NCBI GenBank assembly: GCA_042217555.1
Contig: JBDGSL010000001.1
Coordinates: forward strand, 1 to 52,003
Length of the DNA: 52,003 nucleotides
Direction: 5' to 3'
From: Candidatus Nanohalobium sp.
GTDB taxonomy: Archaea > Nanohalarchaeota > Nanosalinia > Nanosalinales > Nanosalinaceae
In this document: positions 48,244 through 52,003 of the stretch, piece by piece
Layout of the letters: each line of letters starts with the position of its first letter
How positions within the stretch are numbered: position 1 is the stretch's first letter
Notes under the pieces: generated by a model
What the model saw: only the letters and a program-made list of their open reading frames with translations
The model's database searches: none
Told to the model about the DNA's origin: nothing
Translations under genes and position numbers: made by a program

Positions 48244-48720
48244 ATGGAACCGATCAGTGTTATAGTGGCTTTGCTGCTTCTGGCCGGTGTTGCTGGAAGC
48301 TTGCTGCCTGTGATGCCTGGCGCACTTTTCTCAGTTTCTGGGATAGTAATCTACTGCTTTTACAGCGCTGAACCTGGCCCGATCTTGACGGTTTTCGGTT
48401 TGTTTACAGGTTTTCTGGCTCTGGCAGCGGACTGGTTTGCTGGTGCTGTAGCCGCTGACTACGGAGGTGCATCCAGGAAGACAAGTATGGCTGCGGCTGT
48501 TACCGGTCTGCTGGGCTTTATCTTTCTGGGTGGGCCTTTGGGCCTGGCTGTAGCTGTTTCACTGACAGTTTTCGTGAGAGAATACCTGATTCACGGAGAG
48601 AGGGAAGATAGTTTCCGGGCCGCGTTCTATGCAACGGCCGGAGTCTTGGGCTCGGCAGTTATACAGGTGGTCCTGACCGGGTCAATACTTGTAGCTTATC
48701 TGCTAACAGTTGTAATATAA
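48244..48720 (+). CDS. DUF456-family membrane protein
   Basis: GSLLPVMPG, YGGASRK, Gly-rich TM helices. Confidence 0.85.
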   Translation: MEPISVIVALLLLAGVAGSLLPVMPGALFSVSGIVIYCFYSAEPGPILTVFGLFTGFLALAADWFAGAVAADYGGASRKTSMAAAVTGLLGFIFLGGPLGLAVAVSLTVFVREYLIHGEREDSFRAAFYATAGVLGSAVIQVVLTGSILVAYLLTVVI

Positions 48721-48722
48721 GG

Positions 48723-49100
48723 ATGAATCTTGAAGGAGAACTGACTTCCGGGCTTGGGAAAGGAAAATACTACATGTCGAAAGAGGTCTACCAGAAGGTT
48801 TTCAACCGGAAACTAGGTTTCAGGCCGTTCCCCGGTACCTTGAACCTGAAGGTTGATGAAGAGGAAAGGAAAAAATTTGAGGAAGATTCGGAAACTATCG
48901 AGATCCGGGATGTCTACGAGGACGGCGAAAGACTGAGTAACGTGGATGTCACACCCTGTAAGATTGGTGATGTGGAATGCGGTTTGATGAACCTGGAAAT
49001 AACTGATCATGAGTTCTGTACAGCGGAAGTTATAGCACCGGTAGAACTGAGGGAAAAATTTAACCTGGAGGACGGAGATAAAGTCATACTGGTACGATGA
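48723..49100 (+). CDS. ribK: CTP-dependent riboflavin kinase
   Basis: SGLGKGKYY, LGFRPFPGTLN, EVIAPVELREKFNLEDGD. Confidence 0.92.
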   Translation: MNLEGELTSGLGKGKYYMSKEVYQKVFNRKLGFRPFPGTLNLKVDEEERKKFEEDSETIEIRDVYEDGERLSNVDVTPCKIGDVECGLMNLEITDHEFCTAEVIAPVELREKFNLEDGDKVILVR

Positions 49101-49818
49101 AAAAATCTTCCATAGCTGTGATACTGGCCGTATCCGTGTTATCTTTTTCACTCGGCCTATGGTACTCCAGCCCCGATAACAGGATGAAAAGCATGGAGGG
49201 TAGCGGCTCTGCTACAGCTAAGATCGTAGCCGCATCGAAGAACTCTGATACGGGAGCGATCGGAGAAGTAAATGTCCAGATAATCCCTGGTGACGGCAAT
49301 ATCCTGGTGGAGACAGATCCGTTCATACAGACCGACACCCAGTTATCAGCTACGAAAGCCAAGAAAGTCGCTGAAGAAGTAGTTGGAAAGTCCCTGGAAA
49401 ACCACGATGTCCTCTACGCCATCAAGATGGATTCAAAGGTTGTTGGAGGGCCTTCAGCCGGTGCAGCCATGACACTGGCAACTATCGCCGCAATGACCGA
49501 CAGAGAAGTCAGGAAAGACGCTATAGTCACAGGGACCATCACAGAGTCAGGTAGAATCGGCAAAGTCGGTGAGATACCTGTCAAGGCCTATACCGCTGGG
49601 AAGGCTGGGATAGAGGACTTCTACGTTCCGGAAGGTCAATCCATAAAGTGAACTACAGGAAAGTGGTAGAGCGGGAGACCGACGGCTTCTTCGTCTACCA
49701 AGATGTCGAATACAGGCCACAGACATTTAACATCTCGGCGTACACCCAGAGAACCTTCGACATGAAGACACAGGAAGTCAGGAACATCTACCAGGCCACG
49801 GAGAAAATGCTGAAATAG
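49097..49818 (+). pseudogene. Secreted S16 (Lon C-terminal-like) protease with a -1 frameshift near 49646
   Basis: GGPSAGAA, TGTI...IGKVG...KA Ser-Lys dyad; frame stops at ATA AAG TGA (49651) but the -1 frame continues VNYRKVVERE...EKMLK* to 49818. Confidence 0.7.
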
Positions 49819-49848
49819 TTTTCCCTCCTGAAAAGTATACAACAATAT

Positions 49849-50343
49849 ATGGACTTGAACCAAGAAAGTTTCCGGGAAGAAGCTACCGAAGCCACTTTAT
49901 GCTTCATAATACAGAAAGGAGAAACACTTCTTATAGAAAAGAAGCGCGGAGTAGGTGAAGGACTGTACAACGGTCCCGGCGGAAAACTGGAAGAAGACGA
50001 AACACCTAAAGAAGCAGCCATACGAGAAACAGAAGAAGAAACCAAAGTCACTCCTGAAAAAGCAGAGAAAATCGGCGAACTGGAGTTCATCTTCGGACAA
50101 AATCCCTTCATGTTCGTCCACGTCTTCAAAGCAAAAAGCTTCTCAGGAGAACCAGAAGAAACAGAAGAAGCAAGACCGGAATGGTTCAACACAGACAAAC
50201 TACCCTACGAACAGATGTGGCCCGACGACAAGTACTGGGTTCCAAAGATGCTTGACGGAGAAAGTTTCCTGGCAAGATTCCACTTCGACGAAGAAGGCGA
50301 ACAAATCCAGGAATGGAAAATCGAAGAGAAAAAATTCAGTTAA
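49849..50343 (+). CDS. Nudix hydrolase, MTH1/8-oxo-dGTPase-like
   Basis: KKRGVGEGLYNGPGGKLEEDET..EAAIRETEEET; ETEEARPEWF; MWPDD. Confidence 0.88.
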   Translation: MDLNQESFREEATEATLCFIIQKGETLLIEKKRGVGEGLYNGPGGKLEEDETPKEAAIRETEEETKVTPEKAEKIGELEFIFGQNPFMFVHVFKAKSFSGEPEETEEARPEWFNTDKLPYEQMWPDDKYWVPKMLDGESFLARFHFDEEGEQIQEWKIEEKKFS

Positions 50344-52003
50344 ACAAGTTCCTCCGGAAACCCTACTACCCTGGTTTCATATTCTCCGCCTTCACCCGCT
50401 GCATTAAACCTGTACTCCTCAGCCAGTTCAAGGAACTCCCCAATATTCTCTTCATCAAGGACAACGTTTTCCCAGGCCTCATCAAGGCCTCTCGCCGCTA
50501 CAGAAGTAATTTCTACTTCAAAGCCTTCACGTATCAGCCACTTCATGTACCGCGGTTGATTTTCCTGCCACAGCGGAGCGAAAACCTTGAGGCCTACCTG
50601 TTCCGCCACCTTATCAACCCTATCCCTCTGATAGGTAGACGCTAGCGCTCCTGCTACGACACCTTCAACGTTGAACTTTTCTCTTGCTGTTTCAAGGCCT
50701 TTTCTCAGGTCTTCAAGCTCTTCCTCTTTTTCACCGTCCGTTTCCCGAACTATGAGAGGTATATCCAGTTTTGAGGCCTGTTCCTCGATAGTGGTTTTCT
50801 CTTTTTTCGAGTCGAACATGTAACTGTCCTTGTTTTTTGACCGCAGCGTTAGAAGACAGGAGATCTCATTGTTTCTTCGCTGTACTCTGTAAAGCGCTGC
50901 GTTAGAGTCTTTACCGCCCGAAGTAAGAGCCACTAATTTTTTGTTAGACTTTTCTCTAAGAGAGTTCAGGTACTGTTGTTTGTGGTTGAAGCCGTTATCT
51001 TTTGTCAGCCTGTTGATTGCTTTGTCAAAGTTGCTGCCGTACTGTGCTGCTGTCTTTCCTCTCCAGGCGACTTTTTCAGGCACTCCAAGTTTTTCAGCAG
51101 CTTTTCTGAGGACATACTTCCTGTATTCATCTTTCACCTTGTATTCCTCAGGTATTGTTAACGCGTGCTCGATTAAGTCATGGTCGAGGAACGGAAGACG
51201 GATTTCACGGCCGTTTGTGAAGCTTATAACGTTGTCTCTGTACAGATCGTTTTCGAAAAGAGAGCGAAGGCCTGAGAGACACTCTTTATTCAGATAACCT
51301 TGCTGTCTGTGGTACCCTGCGTAAAGCTGTTCGCTTCCCAGACCTGAGAACACGACCTGCCCTTCATCTTCGTGATCTTTCAAAGCGTAGTGGAAAGGCA
51401 GTGCTACCCCGTTTTTCACTACGGAAGTACTTGATATCCAGTCAACGATCATAGGAAGATCCTCTTCAACTTCCTCAAGCTCTGCTTCGTAGGCCTCCAG
51501 CTCTATACCCATTTCTTCGGCGATTTCCTGAGCCCAGTCCGTATCTCTCGGCGCATTAACATTCCCATGCTGTATGCCAGAAGTATAAGCTGTAAACTCT
51601 TTTCCTAGTTCCTGTAGCGTCGCCGCTATAAGAGTAGAGTCAACTCCGCCAGAGAACAGAAGGCCTACATCGCCCTCAGGAACTCTCTTTTCCACTGCTT
51701 TCAGGAACTTTTCCTTTATTTCCTCAGCTGCTTGTTCTAACTCTTTTTCTTCATCCGAAAACTCTTCTTGAGTTTTCTGGCTTTCAGAAGAACTCTCTGA
51801 GTTCTTCGGGACATCGATCTTGAAGAATTCTCGCTGCTCAAAGCTTCTTTCTCCTGTTTCAAGATCAACTTTGAGTATTCTTCTTGGATGTAGTTCGCGG
51901 CATTCCAGGCCTTCTTTTTCCAGTGCCTGTTTCTCTGAGGCGAAGGCAAACTCTTCGTCCTCTTCTGTAAACCATAACGGGTTTACTCCCAGTATATCTC
52001 TTG
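50340..52003 (-). CDS. Asparagine synthetase-like / diphthine-ammonia ligase (Dph6) fusion, 5' end outside window
   Basis: Open frame from window edge: RDILGVNPL, FAFASEKQAL (GATase-II), FSGGVDS, SGLGSEQLYAGY, RLPFLD, then SGGKDS, DSYMF, GALASTYQRDR, GEGGEYET. Confidence 0.9.
   Translation of the reverse strand, partial: RDILGVNPLWFTEEDEEFAFASEKQALEKEGLECRELHPRRILKVDLETGERSFEQREFFKIDVPKNSESSSESQKTQEEFSDEEKELEQAAEEIKEKFLKAVEKRVPEGDVGLLFSGGVDSTLIAATLQELGKEFTAYTSGIQHGNVNAPRDTDWAQEIAEEMGIELEAYEAELEEVEEDLPMIVDWISSTSVVKNGVALPFHYALKDHEDEGQVVFSGLGSEQLYAGYHRQQGYLNKECLSGLRSLFENDLYRDNVISFTNGREIRLPFLDHDLIEHALTIPEEYKVKDEYRKYVLRKAAEKLGVPEKVAWRGKTAAQYGSNFDKAINRLTKDNGFNHKQQYLNSLREKSNKKLVALTSGGKDSNAALYRVQRRNNEISCLLTLRSKNKDSYMFDSKKEKTTIEEQASKLDIPLIVRETDGEKEEELEDLRKGLETAREKFNVEGVVAGALASTYQRDRVDKVAEQVGLKVFAPLWQENQPRYMKWLIREGFEVEITSVAARGLDEAWENVVLDEENIGEFLELAEEYRFNAAGEGGEYETRVVGFPEELV
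51757..51807. repeat. REP-like palindrome doublet in frame inside the AsnB-Dph6 gene
   Basis: GAAAACTC-ttctt-GAGTTTTC, 9-nt spacer, GAAGAACTC-tct-GAGTTCTTC. Confidence 0.8.

Noticed and set aside
57..51297. Numerous antisense or alternate-frame ORFs rich in Ser/Phe/Leu
   Set aside because: Shadows of Glu/Lys-rich genes on the opposite strand; no independent motifs.
1..52003. CRISPR array
   Set aside because: No regularly spaced direct repeats with 30-40-nt spacers; the hairpin clusters have divergent units and short (6-9 nt) spacers, and no cas genes are present.

Overview
Archaeal chromosomal window. The strongly acidic proteome, compact gene packing and gene content suggest a halophilic DPANN archaeon such as Nanohaloarchaeota (inference). 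It holds the complete A-type ATP synthase operon (H-I-K-E-C-F-A-B-D, minus strand) and core information-processing genes: trm1, tfb, nob1, histone, aIF5A, cca, elp3, lig, rpl15e, rnp3/rnp2, tbp, intein-containing mcm, RPA/SSB, aIF2-beta, nth, a DRG GTPase, rps8e, lsm and rpl37e. There is also a tRNA-Lys(UUU) with a 156-nt intron, several toxin-antitoxin loci and an AT-rich decaying island (~14-18.4 kb). The most interesting layer is non-coding. (1) There are four IS200/IS605-type elements: a conventional tnpB element with a rearranged RuvC-II site; a tnpB element whose ORF appears inverted relative to its ends, with the putative omega/reRNA transcribed divergently from a shared TATA box; and two tnpB-less mini-elements, one a stand-alone omegaRNA cassette with compensatory base changes. 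(2) A dispersed family of REP-like GAA...TTC mini-palindromes occurs singly, as doublets with 9-nt spacers and as multibranch clusters, in operon spacers, the tRNA intron, IS ends and in frame within a gene. No CRISPR array, rRNA or tnpA was seen. All calls come from reading the sequence and motifs by eye; no searches were run.
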